Assembly (NCBI GenBank): GCA_012026655.1 | Contig: JAAILG010001781.1 | Location: forward strand, 1-61,942 | Length of the DNA stretch: 61,942 nucleotides | DNA from: Hydrolagus affinis | Lineage: Eukaryota | Direction: 5' to 3' | Shown: positions 1 through 12,427 of the stretch, piece by piece | How positions within the stretch are numbered: position 1 is the stretch's first letter | Layout: each line of letters opens with the position of its first letter | Notes under the pieces: generated by a model | The model's input: only the letters and a program-made list of their open reading frames with translations | What the model was told of the DNA's origin: nothing | The model's database searches: none | Made by a program: the position numbers and the translations under genes

Positions 1-135
1 GCACCATCCTAGTAAATCTTCTCTGTACCCTTTCCAATGTCTTCACATCCTTTCTGTAGTGTGGTGACCAGAATTGAACACAGTATTCCAGCTGAGGCCT
101 CACCAATGTTTTGTAGAGGTTAGTCAGCACTTCCT
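1..135 (-). mobile_element. CR1 LINE fragment
   Basis: The reverse strand reads like the CR1 ORF2 C-terminal region; approximate bounds. Confidence 0.6.
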
Positions 136-164
136 GACTTTTGTATTCTATACCCCTATTTATA

Positions 165-700
165 AAGCCTACATGTACACGGATGACACCCAACTCTATT
201 TCTCTACTTCACTTTGCGACCCCCCCAGTCCCCTGATGTATTGTCAGCCTGCCTGTCAGACATCAGAGGCTGAATGAGCGCAAATTTCTTGCAGCTGAAT
301 GTTGATGAGACGGAGGACATACTCTTTGGCCATTTGTCCATGTCTCGTTCGCATGGCTCTCACCTCCTCCAGCTTCCCGGTCTGCCCCTAAAACTCTCCG
401 AACCTGTGTACAACCTTGGCATCAGGTTCGATCCCCAACTGTCCTTCCTCCCCCATATCAGGTCCCTCACCAGCACCGCCTTCTTCCACCTCCGACAGAT
501 CGCCCATCTCCGGCAATACCTCACCCCAAAAGCCGCTGAAACACTGTTCCACGCCTTCGTCACCTCACAGTTGGACTATTCCAATGCCCTCCTCGCCAGT
601 CTCCCCTCCACCACAATCCATAAAATCCAACTCATTCAAAACTCTACTGCCCGTATACTCACCTGCACCAAACTTCACTCCACCATTACACCAGTCAATA
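165..700 (+). mobile_element. L2/CR1-clade LINE reverse transcriptase fragment
   Basis: YTDDTQLY, FDPQLSFLPHI, AETLFHAFVTSQLDYSNALL; stops and frameshifts. Confidence 0.85.
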
Positions 701-728
701 CATCAACACACCATTGTCACCTATGATT

Positions 729-1030
729 GAGCTCCAGTAGCTCAGTGGTTAGAGCACGTGTCTTACAAGCATGAGACCTATGTTCGAATGCAGGCAGACC
801 AGGGCAAAACTTTGGCCAAGTTTCCTTACTCCACACGCCTAATAATAATACCTCAAAAAACACATTAATAAAATTGGTCATTTCAATCCACGACTGCTGG
901 CTGCCCCGTTTTGCCCACAAATATACAGTCAATTCAATTTACAGTATATTCTGTGAAGCTCTTTGAGACCTTGATAAGATGTGAAAAGCGCTACATCATA
1001 TGCAAGGAAGATTATTATTATTATTATTAA
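729..1030 (+). mobile_element. tRNA-derived SINE with L2-like tail and (TTA)n end
   Basis: Box A TAGCTCAGTGG, box B GTTCGAATGC; more than 10 copies in the window. Confidence 0.85.
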
Positions 1031-1947
1031 TTGTAATCAATGCTGCTGTTCATGCTGACAATATGAAATGTTTACATGGAGACTGCTGGCCTAAAATGTT
1101 TAGCTATAATTTTACGCGACAGTTAACACATATTTGGACAACACAGTTTACATCGATATCTTGCCTTTCACGTTGGAAAGACGTCTGAAAGCGCTTGACA
1201 CTATCTGTTGGGCACCCGAGCTGGAGACGGAAACCCAAATACCATATAAGACTCAAATACAGAGCTGGCTGTGAACACTCAGCAGGTCAGGCACAGCGAT
1301 GGAGAAAGGAAAGCGGGGAATGTTTATGGTCCATGTCCCTTCCTCAGAACCCTTTGTGATGAATGGCCAGGGACCTGAAAATTTGACTCACTTTTCCAAG
1401 AGATTGAATTAATAATGAGTATTATATATAATATGGAGTATTTGGCAAGAAAACTACATGAATTGAACACTCATTGTAGATCAAATTAAAATATATTCCA
1501 ATAACAATCAGCTAGCAGCAATTAATTGCAGGATATTTGCAAATTTGCGGACTCCTGTAGATTAGTGGATAGAACAAATGCCTCACAAGCGAGACAACCC
1601 CAGGTATCCCCAGGTAGAGGAAAACGTTCAGCAAGTTTCCTGAATCCACACGCCGCGGTTTACCCAGCAGTAATTGGGAACCCAGGGGCTAGTGCATTCG
1701 CGGACTGCTTTTACTGTATTAATGATATCATAAAAAGAATAATAAATTTTTTGAAAAACTATTAATTTGGTCGCGGAATCCACGGCTGTTTATAGCACTC
1801 TGCTGGGCGAAATTTGCTCCCACGATTTGAATACAACATATACAGTCAAATCACTTCACACTATATTCTGTGAAGCATCTACAGACGACTCGGAGACATG
1901 CAATGGCGCTATTTCAAATCCAAGGCTTATTATTGTTATTAAATTAC

Positions 1948-2265
1948 CTGAGTTGGATTTGGAAACTGTGAATCTGGAGACCCCTGGAATCCAGAGGCTG
2001 TTGAGAGACACAGAACAGGAAAAAAACAACCCCATGTTATACAGGCAGCGTCTCTTCCAAATACCGCAGCTCAAAACCCTGTAAAGACCTTTTGAATTCC
2101 TTTCTTCACTGGAATTAATCCCAGTTTTAACTTCATTGCCATCTTTACTCCAGGTGAGCGTTGTATCTTCAGGGTAAAACACAGCCGTTTCACACACAAG
2201 AGTCAGAGAATTTGAAGAATCTCTTTCAGAATCTCTGCGGAATATTTTCAGCGGGGTCGGGGGGA
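1948..2265 (-). pseudogene. R0 orphan C1 exon (open, 318 nt, splice sites intact); no V or leader found upstream
   Basis: cccccag|TC...TCAG|GTAATT; LVCETAVFYPEDTTLTWSKDG. The flanks are homologous to receptor introns. Confidence 0.75.
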
Positions 2266-3579
2266 CTGGGGGACAGAGAATGGGCCAGAATCACGTTAAT
2301 TGTTACCAACCACAACAACAAACTTACATCTACAGAGCGTCTCTCACGTCAGGAGGACGTCGATCAGTTGGAATCTAAAACTTTATTCTAATTTGAATTC
2401 TACATTAACTGTTTCCTTGGAACATTATAGCAAGGAATCTACATTGTAACGGCAGGAAAGTGATTTTGTAGTTTTAAAAGTGTTGGTGTCCTTTGATCGG
2501 AACGATGCGTTTAGTTTAGGAGATATAGTCGCCTTGGACTAAAGAAGGTAGGAGTACATAATAAGATATTATATTAAGATATCTCAAGTCGCTGCACATA
2601 ATATACACAAAAAATCAGAACAAAATATCTCTATCAATAAATTGTCGTTGCCTGGACCACAGGTGCAAGATATTCTGATGAATAATAATTATAATAATAA
2701 TTCTTATCTTTGAATTTTTCACTGTGAAATAACTGCCTCAAAGAATTTCACGGGAATCAATGTAACTTGTGGCGATTTCGCATTTCTATATATGAGCTCA
2801 GCAGCCAGTTTCCCACACAGCAATATACCACAAATAGCCATGAAGTCTGCAATTAAATTGGACAAGGCGATTCATTAGCCGTGGAGGGCGCTGTATCAAT
2901 GTCACTTGTTATAACATTATCAATAAGTGTGGTGGTGAGTTGTAATGGAAACTTGCCAAGGTTTTGAGCTGTCTTGAATTGAACTCAGGTCTCTGGCTTG
3001 CAATTACAAGGATTTGTACAGTAAAATAACACCCCCGTACCCTCTAAACCCCATGATTCTGATCATCTTTGATGTGATGGTCTGTAACAAGCTGACTTGG
3101 AGCATAGCTGAATGAATGATTTATCGAGAATTTTTATTTCCTCATTTGACTTCCAGAATTGTCAGTTCAGGAAATTGAGTTTGTGTTGAAAGTGCAATTT
3201 GTGAGGACACGTGATCACTATGAGGAGTTAAACCCAATCCATCGTTAGCACATCAATGATTTAATTATGTCTAGTAGCCTATGGCAGAATTCAAACTCAC
3301 GTTGTATATGTAGGAATGCGAGGCTTGACTGATACCAATGTGGTGGATCGTTAGATAGTTCCAAGCAGCTATTGATAGAAACCAATAGGCAACCAAGTAA
3401 TTAGATCCAATCAACTTGCCTGACATCTTCACGGATATCTGTGTAATTTTGTTACTCAGCTGTTGTGTATCGAGTGCATGCAGCAGCGCTCAGTGTGAAA
3501 TGTTTTATATCATTGCCTTAATTACTGGGCTGGCAGGGTTTTGATGAGCGAGGACAGAGAGATATGAGGGTGACTGAAG

Positions 3580-4560
3580 GTACAGTCGAAGACAAGGGTC
3601 TTGTGATCTCTTTTGAAGGAGGCAAGGGAGGAAGCAAGGCACAGTAATTGTGGTATGGAGTTCAAAAGCGTACTAGAGGCAGAGAAGCTTAAAGCCTGGC
3701 CGCTGATGGGTGGTCAGGTCAGTCAGGAGAGGCACGGAGCAGGTTATAGGCTGCTGAATGGAGGGAGCAGACAAGTTGATTTGGGTTCAGCAGGTCAGAG
3801 AGTTAGGAGAGCTCAGCGGGTTCCAGCCTGCTCCATGCCCCTGACCTACCTACACCCCCATAGATGAGCTAGCGTTCAGCCATTCTGCCCCTAATCTCTT
3901 GTATTCCATTCTACAGTGTCTCCATCTCGACCCTTTGTAGCCTCCTTCAAGTCCTGCCTCAAGACACCCATGACCACGGTCCCATCGGCCATCCCAAATG
4001 CCCTACTTGCCCTCCACGCTCCCTGACCCCAGCTTGGGTCTGAAACATTTACTATCCAGTGCCCTGGGACGTCCTCCCGAGGTGAAACACACTACATAAA
4101 TGTAATTTTGTTATTGTTATCGAAGGGCAAGGCTTGGAGTGGCTTGAAAGTGAGAACAAGGATCTTGAATTCGATACTCTGGGGAATGGGAGAGCCAGTG
4201 GAGCTGGGCGAGGGTGGGATTGATGGGGTCTCAAAGCCTGGTGCAGGAGTGGATTCAATTCCTGAATGGATCAGTGAGTTGGAGAATGGATCTGCCAGTG
4301 GTGATGATGATGCTGTCAGTGTCTGAAGTGCAGTGGTGCTGATTGGAGGCAAAGAGGAGGGCCTTCGTGTTGTTGACTTTCAAATGTAGACATGTCCTAC
4401 TTTGAATCAATTCCAGAATTAATTTGCTAAGGAAGTCACATTGGAACCAGCTAAGCCAAAAGAATATCATGGATGCTTACTCCTTCCAAGAACAGTTACT
4501 GGTTGACAATTAGGCATTCATCAAGCGCAGGATTTAGCTTGTGCTGGATGTACAATCGAT
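3580..4560. mobile_element. Nested L2 3' fragments in both orientations
   Basis: Antisense IEFKILVLTF motif; tails of the form ggacgtcctcccga...gtaattttgttattg; approximate bounds. Confidence 0.7.
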
Positions 4561-5229
4561 ACCACAAATGCCCTGCATACCTCTTAGTGTTCAGCGCAAC
4601 TAAATATTAAAGTATTAAGTATATCCTCAACCCTCCTCTCCCTCTTAGGACCCCTTGATACAAACTCAATGATGACTGAAGCGCTCTGAGACGCCGTCCG
4701 CCGTGGAGGGCTCTATATAAATTGAAGTTGTTGTTGTTATTGTTGTTGTTGAAACAATGAGTGAATCATCCTCAAGCTGTTTATTTACAGCTATTAATGC
4801 AGTCACATCACTTTAAAGTTGAACCTCTGAAGCACTTTAAGGCATTTCAACGATCGGATAAGGCCCATTGGCAAATTCGTGAATAAATAGATTCGAGTTC
4901 GAAGTAAACACTATGTAGTTCAAATGTCACCTGTAGCGAGCGAGGACCAAGATGAACATGTGCAGAAGGATACATAAATAATGCAATATTGTGCACAATG
5001 TCTACAGCTGCTTCATCACTCTTTAAAAAGCTATTTAACAAAAGCTGCTGATAGAAAATATCTAAATCAACTGCACTCTATTTTTAATCTGAGACAGTGA
5101 ATCACTTGCAATGGAATTATTTATTGACATTTTTAAACACAGCAGAATGATTAAGATTTTAACACTTAGTTGTTTCATGTTTTATTTTAGCAGTTCGATA
5201 GCATTTGAACAGTTCAATACCCGTACCAC

Positions 5230-6445
5230 AATTTTCCTCTGTGTTGTATGAAGTCCGGTCCTATCTCTCCCACTGTCTTCACTTCGTCTCTTCCAACGGC
5301 TTCTCCTCCAACCCCTGCACAGTCACATGCGGGATTCCCCAGGGATCTGTCCTTGGCCTCCTGCTTTTCACTCTCTACACTCTCCCATGGGTGACATCAT
5401 CTGTAGACATGGGGTAAATTTCCACATGTATGCAAATGACACCCAACTCTACCTATCCACATCAACCCTCAATTCCAGGACCACAGGCATTCTGACTGCA
5501 TGTCTGTCCGACGAGCCCTGGACGAGGGCAAATTTCCCACAACTCAACATCAACAAGATGGAAGTCCTCCTGATTGGCTCATGTCAAATGCCTCCGCACC
5601 TTAGGCACTGACAATATCAGAGTTCAAGGCTGCTCTCTCCACTTCTCAAAGCCAATCAGGAATATGGGCATCTTGTTCGACCCTGAGCTATACTTCCTTC
5701 CCCACATCCGCTCCATGACTGGCACAGCCTTCCATTATCTCTGCAATATGGCCAGACTCTGCCACTACCTCACCCCTGATGCCACCGAAACACTGATTCA
5801 CACCTTTATCACTTCCAGGCTCGACTATGGGAATTCTCTCCTCATCGGCCTCCCCAGCTCCTCATTTCAGAGGCTGCAGATCATTCAAAACTCTGCAGCT
5901 CATGTACTCTCCCGTACCAGGCTTCCCAGCCTCACCCATTTCCACTGGCTCCCCATCACCCAGAGAATCGAATTCAAGATCCTTGTCCTCACTTTCTAGG
6001 CCATTCAAGGCCTTGCTCCCACCTATCTCTCTGACTTGCTGTCTCCCTATCTGCCTGCCCACATCCTCCGTTCAGCAGACTCTGGTCTGCTCTGTGTCCA
6101 CCGCCCTAACCGCCCAACCATTGGCGGCCAGGCTTTCAGCCTCTCTGCTCCCACACTGTGGAACTCCATCCCACAGCCCCTCCGCCTTGCTTCCTCCCTT
6201 TCCTCCTTCAAGGCCGGTCTCAAAACCTTCCTCTTAGACCACACCTTCAGCTGCCCCACTAACTCTTCCCCCTTCCTTCTATCCCACTCCCCCGCCCCCT
6301 CCCCACCCCCCCTCCCCCCCCCCACCTCCCCCTAACCCCCACCCTCACCCCCACCCCGCTCAGGTCCCGACCAGACTGTTCAGCACTTTGGGACGTCCTC
6401 CCGTTGTGAAAGGCGCTATATAAGTGCAATTTTGTCGTTGTTGTT
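5230..6445 (+). mobile_element. 5'-truncated L2 LINE (RT to 3' tail)
   Basis: [41 protein letters not shown]; tail ends (TTG)n. Confidence 0.9.
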
Positions 6446-6959
6446 ATGTTGCGCATTATTTTGTTGATTCTATCTTAAGATAGTGCATACCAACTGATTT
6501 TTCACGAATGTTGCAGAGCCAGAGTCACCAGTGGAGATGGATTCATGCAATTTTTGTGTTTCTTTGAAAGGCTGATTGAATATGTTCCACAAAATTTAAG
6601 TTGGTAACTCTTAAATCTAGGTTTCAATTTCGTAACATATAAAGGGCATTTCAACCCCCTTTGTGAGGTATGCGACTAACTAGTTACCTTTCAAAATGTT
6701 ATCCAAGTAACCCAACCAAAGCTTTTTCGCAAACAAGTCTGGTTATACAGATATAATCAGCAATATTCTCCAAGAATTTTCCCAAAGACTTTTAATGTAA
6801 CAAAGTAATAAATGCAGTTATGTTTGAAACTGGTACAAAGAGCATTGCATCACTAGACTGATGCGGCACATCTTTCGGTAAATTGAAAAACTACATTGAA
6901 TATACACCAATATCAGTTACTGTGCCGTTTGCTTTATTTGGATCTTGGTTCCATGGAGA

Positions 6960-7109
6960 TAGCTGCTACTCCTCCTCCTCAGTGGTTTCTCACATGGATC
7001 TCTCACACTCTGTATTCTTAACAGTACTTTTAGGTTTTCATGTTTTATTGGAGGAATCTAAATCCAGAACAGTATATGTCAGATTGTTCCCAGCTGTTCT
7101 TTGATTGGT
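6960..7109 (-). pseudogene. R1 decayed third tyrosine-motif exon (LTYTVL kept, then TGA, Y>C and a 1-nt deletion)
   Basis: Aligns to the R3 terminal exon 27022-27195. GGA>TGA at 7038-7040; TATGCAAAG became TGTGAGAG. Confidence 0.75.
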
Positions 7110-7558
7110 CTGAAAAGGCAATGTTTGACAATTTGATTATATTAATTCGGTTTCCTCAGAAATTCGTACAATGCATTTCAAAAACTCTCCTCAAATATTT
7201 GCCGATTATTATTTGAAGCATGACTTGCTCCATAGCTCATTTGATAAAGGCACTGCTCCTCACAGAACTGAGCTAAACGGAACCCATTAGGCACAATTCC
7301 ATTCTATATTGGATTAGTTACACATCAGCAGCTAAAATGGGCTGGAAAAGTAAAGCAAAAATCAACCAGGGTAGCAGATGTTCCAATGATTTGGAATGAT
7401 TTTTGTTTTGCTAATTGCCACAGTCATTTGGTCACCCAGGTCAGAGACAGAGAGAGGAAAGATCAGAGGAGAAAGAAAGATTAACAACAGAAATATACAA
7501 ACTAGTTGACAATAAACAATGAAGTGTGACACACTATATATAATGTAGCAAGTAATAT

Positions 7559-7681
7559 TCAGATGTATAACTGGGAGTATATAACCTGATTGTCTTCTTT
7601 TTTAGGTCTTGGAGTTGTTTTGCAATGATTCAAATCCATTTGGGCATAAGTCACCGACTCAGTCCCTGCTCCCTGTAGCGT
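7559..7681 (-). CDS. R1 second tyrosine-motif exon, probably terminal (VTYAQM; VIYSQL ITIM; TGA)
   Basis: ttttacag|ACG, open for 40 codons to TGA at 7559-7561. The paralogous donor CAG|GTA is CAGTTA here. Confidence 0.78.
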   Translation of the reverse strand, partial: TLQGAGTESVTYAQMDLNHCKTTPRPKKEDNQVIYSQLYI

Positions 7682-8232
7682 CTGTAAAATAGAATGCGAC
7701 TCAGTATTGCCATCACTAGTCTGCAGATTCCTGGATAGGTGTTGATCAAAATGCTCCCAAAAATAGATAGTTCCACCTAAGTTTCAGCATATGTTTAGCA
7801 TATAGATTCCAAATCTTTTAGCAGTGAAATTAAACGTGTGGCAATTATTAATTGATCTACAGAAATATGAAGTGTACATTTCCATATACGGTTGATATCA
7901 AAGTGCCTCATAGATTGACACAAATAATAAGTAGTCTTACATAAAAATACTATTTTGGCTTTATAGTGGCAGATTGTCATCAACATATCATAGCCCAGGA
8001 CAGTGCCAGAGAGTGAAGATTAGAGGACCAAGAAAGGTTAACCACAAAAATGTACAAATTGCCTTACAGAAAAAATTTAATTGAGTCCCAATGATCACTG
8101 AAGTGATACAATTCATTTGGATACAAATTCTGTTCTAAATTTGCGTTGAGTCCAGCACATTGGGATGTCCTCCCGATGTGAAAGGCGCTATATAAGTGCA
8201 AATTTGTTGTTGTTGTTGTTGCTCAAATATAC

Positions 8233-8343
8233 CTGGGCATAAACAGTCCCCTCCTCTTGCCTTTTCGGTTTCAAAGTTTTCTTGGAACTGGTTAAATTCA
8301 ATGTGACATAAGTCACCCCCTCATTCTTTGCTCCGTGCTTTCC
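8233..8343 (-). CDS. R1 first tyrosine-motif exon (VTYVTL ITIM; TVYAQ)
   Basis: ttttacag|GGA...CAG|GTATAT, 111 nt, phase 0-0, open frame GKHGAKNEGVTYVTLNLTSSKKTLKPKRQEEGTVYAQ. Confidence 0.8.
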
Positions 8344-8386
8344 CTGTAAAACAGAATGTGATCACAAGAAAAATATGTGGCATTCG

Positions 8387-8683
8387 TAAATAATAATCCT
8401 TGCATTTGAAATAGCGTTTCTCACATGTTCTAGACGTCTCAAAGCGCTTCACAGAATATACTGTAAAGTGAAGTTACATTTGTGGGTGAAACGTGGCAGC
8501 CAATTGTGCACAACAGTGTCACACAAACAGACGTGGATTGAAATTGTTATGAATGGGGAAGGATTTTTATGAAGCATGTGGAGTAAGGAAACTTTCCCAA
8601 GCTTTCAGCCTGATCTGCCTGGATTTGAACACAGGTCGCATGCTTGTAAGGTGAGGGTCTAACCACTGAGCTACAGGAGCTCC
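8387..8683 (-). mobile_element. tRNA-derived SINE
   Basis: Reverse-complement copy of the 729-1030 family. Confidence 0.85.
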
Positions 8684-9046
8684 AAATAAAGTGCCTTTCA
8701 AGCCTGAATCATGTTCTGAGGCACTGATAAATTGTTGTTTCTATAACTCTGTAAATTGTTGAGTAAGTATCAATTAGAAAGCCCTCGATAGTAAATACTT
8801 TCACTAAAGCCGATCATTTTTATATATAGCTTCCAAATATATTACAAGCAGTGTTACATTTCTATTGAATATTGTGTCATCAATTGCATGAAACTGTGCG
8901 GTTCATTATTCAACAATAATTCGAGGCCACACAGATAGACAGAGGGAAGATAATGTTGTTATTTCTTAATGATGAACCATATCTGTGCAACACAATAATT
9001 CTGTTTCCAGCTGAAATATCCACTGAAATCAATATAAGAAATGTAC

Positions 9047-9090
9047 CTGTTCTTCGCATTGGCCCGATATGGTCTGGTTTCCTCGTGAGC
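9047..9090 (-). CDS. R1 cytoplasmic linker exon (GSRGNQTISGQCEEQ)
   Basis: ttccaag|GC...CAG|GTACAT, 44 nt. Converts phase 1 to 0 as the next exon requires; an in-frame homolog lies at 28694-28737. Confidence 0.65.
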
Positions 9091-10532
9091 CTTGGAAAGA
9101 AATTCAAAAAATATTCATTTAAATTCTACGTAAATAATAACAAATATATTTTGGTTACACCAATATTATGTCGAGCATTGGTTAACCTACTTGGAAAAGA
9201 TGCCAAGGAATGAATGTGGTGCAGAATAGGTTTACCAGGATGATACCAGGGGATGATGATATGCCCTATGAGCAGACACTTTCACCTTGTACAATACGTA
9301 CAAAATGGGAAATACGGATGTAATGAGGTTTACTTTTCTCTTTTCCTCAACCATCGCCCTCAACTGGGTATTTCATATCCTAACTAAAGGGTAGTTCCGG
9401 TATTGAATACGCATTCACTTTCAAGAGAGTATTGCAAGAAATAATCTAATACGTTTCAACTACAAGAGTAATTGGGAAAGATAGGTAAATTGGGACTGAC
9501 TCCAGTGCTCTAAAAAAGCAAGCACAGATGCAATGGATGGGATGGGTTTCTTGTGTGCTGTAGATTTGTATGGTTATACGCAGCTCTACGTGTACCTTGT
9601 CTTCAGTTTCAGAGGTCTTAGACCCTCCACACTCAATTCCATCATGAGCTGGGGTGTCCATCTATGAAGTGCCAATCATTTGGGGTCTTCCACAAGAAAT
9701 GAACAACGATATATAAATGTATATTTCTATTGTATGGTTACAGGTTTCCCTATTTCCCTATGTTAAATATTTCCCTTATTTTTTTATTTCCTTATTGAAA
9801 ATAGAATGTGAACTTCTTTGTCACATTTCCTATAATTATTTTGAAATTGTTGCACAATTTACTGTTGAGAAATCCTGTTTATCCATATTGCAAACAGAAT
9901 CCTAAATCTGAGTTCTACAATCGAATTTCTGCCGATTGATCCTTGATACTTTTCTCAAATTATATACTGTACACACTCTGGATTTTGATTTATCGGGCTC
10001 AATTTCTAAATTTGCTTATGAGACAAATGTGCAACAGTGAGGACAATTGTAATTTCATTGAAAACCAGCACATTGTACAGAGACATAGAGATGGCAGGTG
10101 AAACTGGGCATTTGTGGATGTGTGACAGTGTGCTGAGGGGAATGTGGCCCAGGCAGAATCTGCATTTTATAAAATAATACATTGTCTAAAACTGTTTAAT
10201 TATCACGGTAAGTGGAAAGAAATAGGTGAATGCAATGTGAATTCTTTAAGGAGGAAACAGAGACATGGCCTTCTATGCTGTGAATTGCTGAAGCTCAATC
10301 ACAGCACATTTGATACATTCGTTGCATCACAACTTCCGATGAAATGTGCAGCTAAATAAATACAGGGTGAGTTTCTGTAAGGACATTTCCATGTGGCAAT
10401 CAATCGCTTCACATTATTTCTTTGCGTAGCTTTACAGGATGACGGTATCTCTCTCATTGTCACCTCTAGTCTATGAAATGAATCATTCTATTAAATTAAA
10501 CATTTACAAATCACGTCAATCAAACAGCAAGA

Positions 10533-10670
10533 TCATAGAATCATAGAATCTTACGGCACAAAAGGAGGACATTCGGCCCATCGAGTCTGTGCCAGCTCTT
10601 TAAAAAGAGCAGTTCAATCCCACTCCCCGGCTCTCTCCCCATAACCGTGCAAACCCGTCCTCTCCAAATA
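10533..10670 (-). mobile_element. CR1 3' tail
   Basis: tcatagaatcatagaatc end plus ggaggacattcggcccatcgag; related tails near 39005 and 56700. Confidence 0.75.
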
Positions 10671-10682
10671 AATATATCTTAC

Positions 10683-10796
10683 CTTTAATTTTGTGTAATT
10701 GGCACTGTTTGCCAATAATGATCAAAAGCAGCAAGAGTACCAGACCTCCAACTACACATCCAGCAATCAGTCCATAGTGAGGCTGAGGGCCATTCT
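10683..10796 (-). CDS. R1 exon 4, uncharged transmembrane exon
   Basis: cctgtag|AG...AAAG|GTAAGA, 114 nt, phase 1-1. Encodes ENGPQPHYGLIAGCVVGGLVLLLLLIIIGKQCQLHKIK. Confidence 0.88.
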
Positions 10797-11357
10797 CTAC
10801 AGGAACAGCATGAACTGAATATGTTAGTGTCTCCAACAATCAATTATACTTTCTTTACCTGCATCACATCAGAAATGTTTAAGCAGAATTTTTTTTAAAA
10901 GGAGACAATTGAATAGAGTAAGAGAGGAAAGAGTAAATTCAAAGAAAGTCAAACTAAGATGAATGTTATCGGCAACTCCTACACCCTCCCTCCCCTCCCC
11001 GCCTCGCCTGTCCTCAGCTCGGGTCTGAAGCAGTGAAAATCCAGCGCCTTGGGATGTCCTCCTGACGTGAAAAGCGCTACACAAGTGTAATTTTGCTGTT
11101 ATTGCTGTTGTACAAACATTTCAATCCAGTATTCGGGTAGAAAATTACATGACTATAGAATTATATCATTACAATTTTCTGTGTAAACAAACGTAAATGT
11201 ATTTTAGTAAAAAGTTAGTTTTTAACCACAACAATTGTAGTTAGGAAATTACACTGGTTGGAATTAGAAACGGTCATTTAATAAATTTAACTACCATTTC
11301 ATGTAATGAGGTGTTTAAGAGACAATGAAAGGCAGCAAGACATGTTAGGCATCCTAC

Positions 11358-11678
11358 CATCCAACCCTGTGTTGGGATTAGAAACGGTGTAACTGGCAAC
11401 CAGTGGATTCGGGTGGCAGACATGAGATGCCAGACAGGTATAAACAACCCCGCTCTCTGGAGGCTGAGTCTCTTCCATAGAGCTGGAGACTTCGTAAAGT
11501 CCATTTGAATTCTTTTCTTTAGTGACATTAATCCCAGTTCTAACTTCATTCCCATCTTTAAACCACGTGAGCGTTATATCCCCCGGGAAAAACGCAGCCG
11601 TTTCACACACAAGAGTCTGAGGCTTTGATGAATCACTTTCAGGATCTCTGGGGATTATCTTCAGCGGGGTCGGGGACA
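11358..11678 (-). CDS. R1 exon 3, C1-set Ig domain
   Basis: Acceptor ccctacag|TG, donor GATG|GTAGGA, 321 nt, phase 1-1. Contains LVCETAAFFPGDITLTWFKDG, NSNGLYEVSSSM and YTCLASH. Confidence 0.92.
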
Positions 11679-12427
11679 CTGTAGGGCAGAGAATGGAGCA
11701 GAATCGTGTCACTTGTGATCAGTTGGAATATAAACATTATTCTAATTTGAATTGTATAATAACTGTTTCCTTGGAAAATTATAACAACGAATCTGGTTTG
11801 TAATGGAAAGAATGTGATTTTTGCGGTTTTAAGAATGTTAAACCGAGTGTTGCAGTTTTAAGGCTGGCTTTGTTTGCAATGATGTGCGCAGTTTAGGAGA
11901 TTTAGTCGCCTGTTTGGTGGTGTGGGTGGGGGGGGGGGGGGGTAGAAGGTACACAATAGAGTACACAATCTTAACATTGAGGATTTCAGAAATGACGTGA
12001 AAACCTTCCCTTGACCTGGAATAATTCGGTTGTGAAATCAACACGAGGCCGGAGATGCAGAATTCAGTGAAAGATTTGAAAGGGAAACCGATCATAGCTG
12101 TAAAGAGTTTGGGGAGACGTGAAGAAATTGGAGTAAAAGCTCTGCCACCTTTCTGTAGCAGAAAAACCTTTAGTTTGGGACCATAAAGTTCCCGAATTCA
12201 TTCCCGAAATCCATCCTCCTCCCCCTTCCGTCTCTACAGTCAATCCCAGCTGAACACACACCTCTCTGAGTGTCTTTTCAGCCACTCTCCCATCCCAGCT
12301 GGATTATAGCTCCGGCTGCCATGCATTCTTTGCCAAGCGCTTCAAGCTGCTCTCCCAACAGTGACTTGTATTAATGTAAATTCAAGTAAATATACAGTGA
12401 AGATCTCAGCCAAATCATGTCACTTAC

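Noticed and set aside
10430-10475. Mini-exon after the R1 TM exon
   Set aside because: The best acceptor gives an immediate TAG, the alternatives have weak sites, and the R3 homolog has a mutated acceptor and an insertion.
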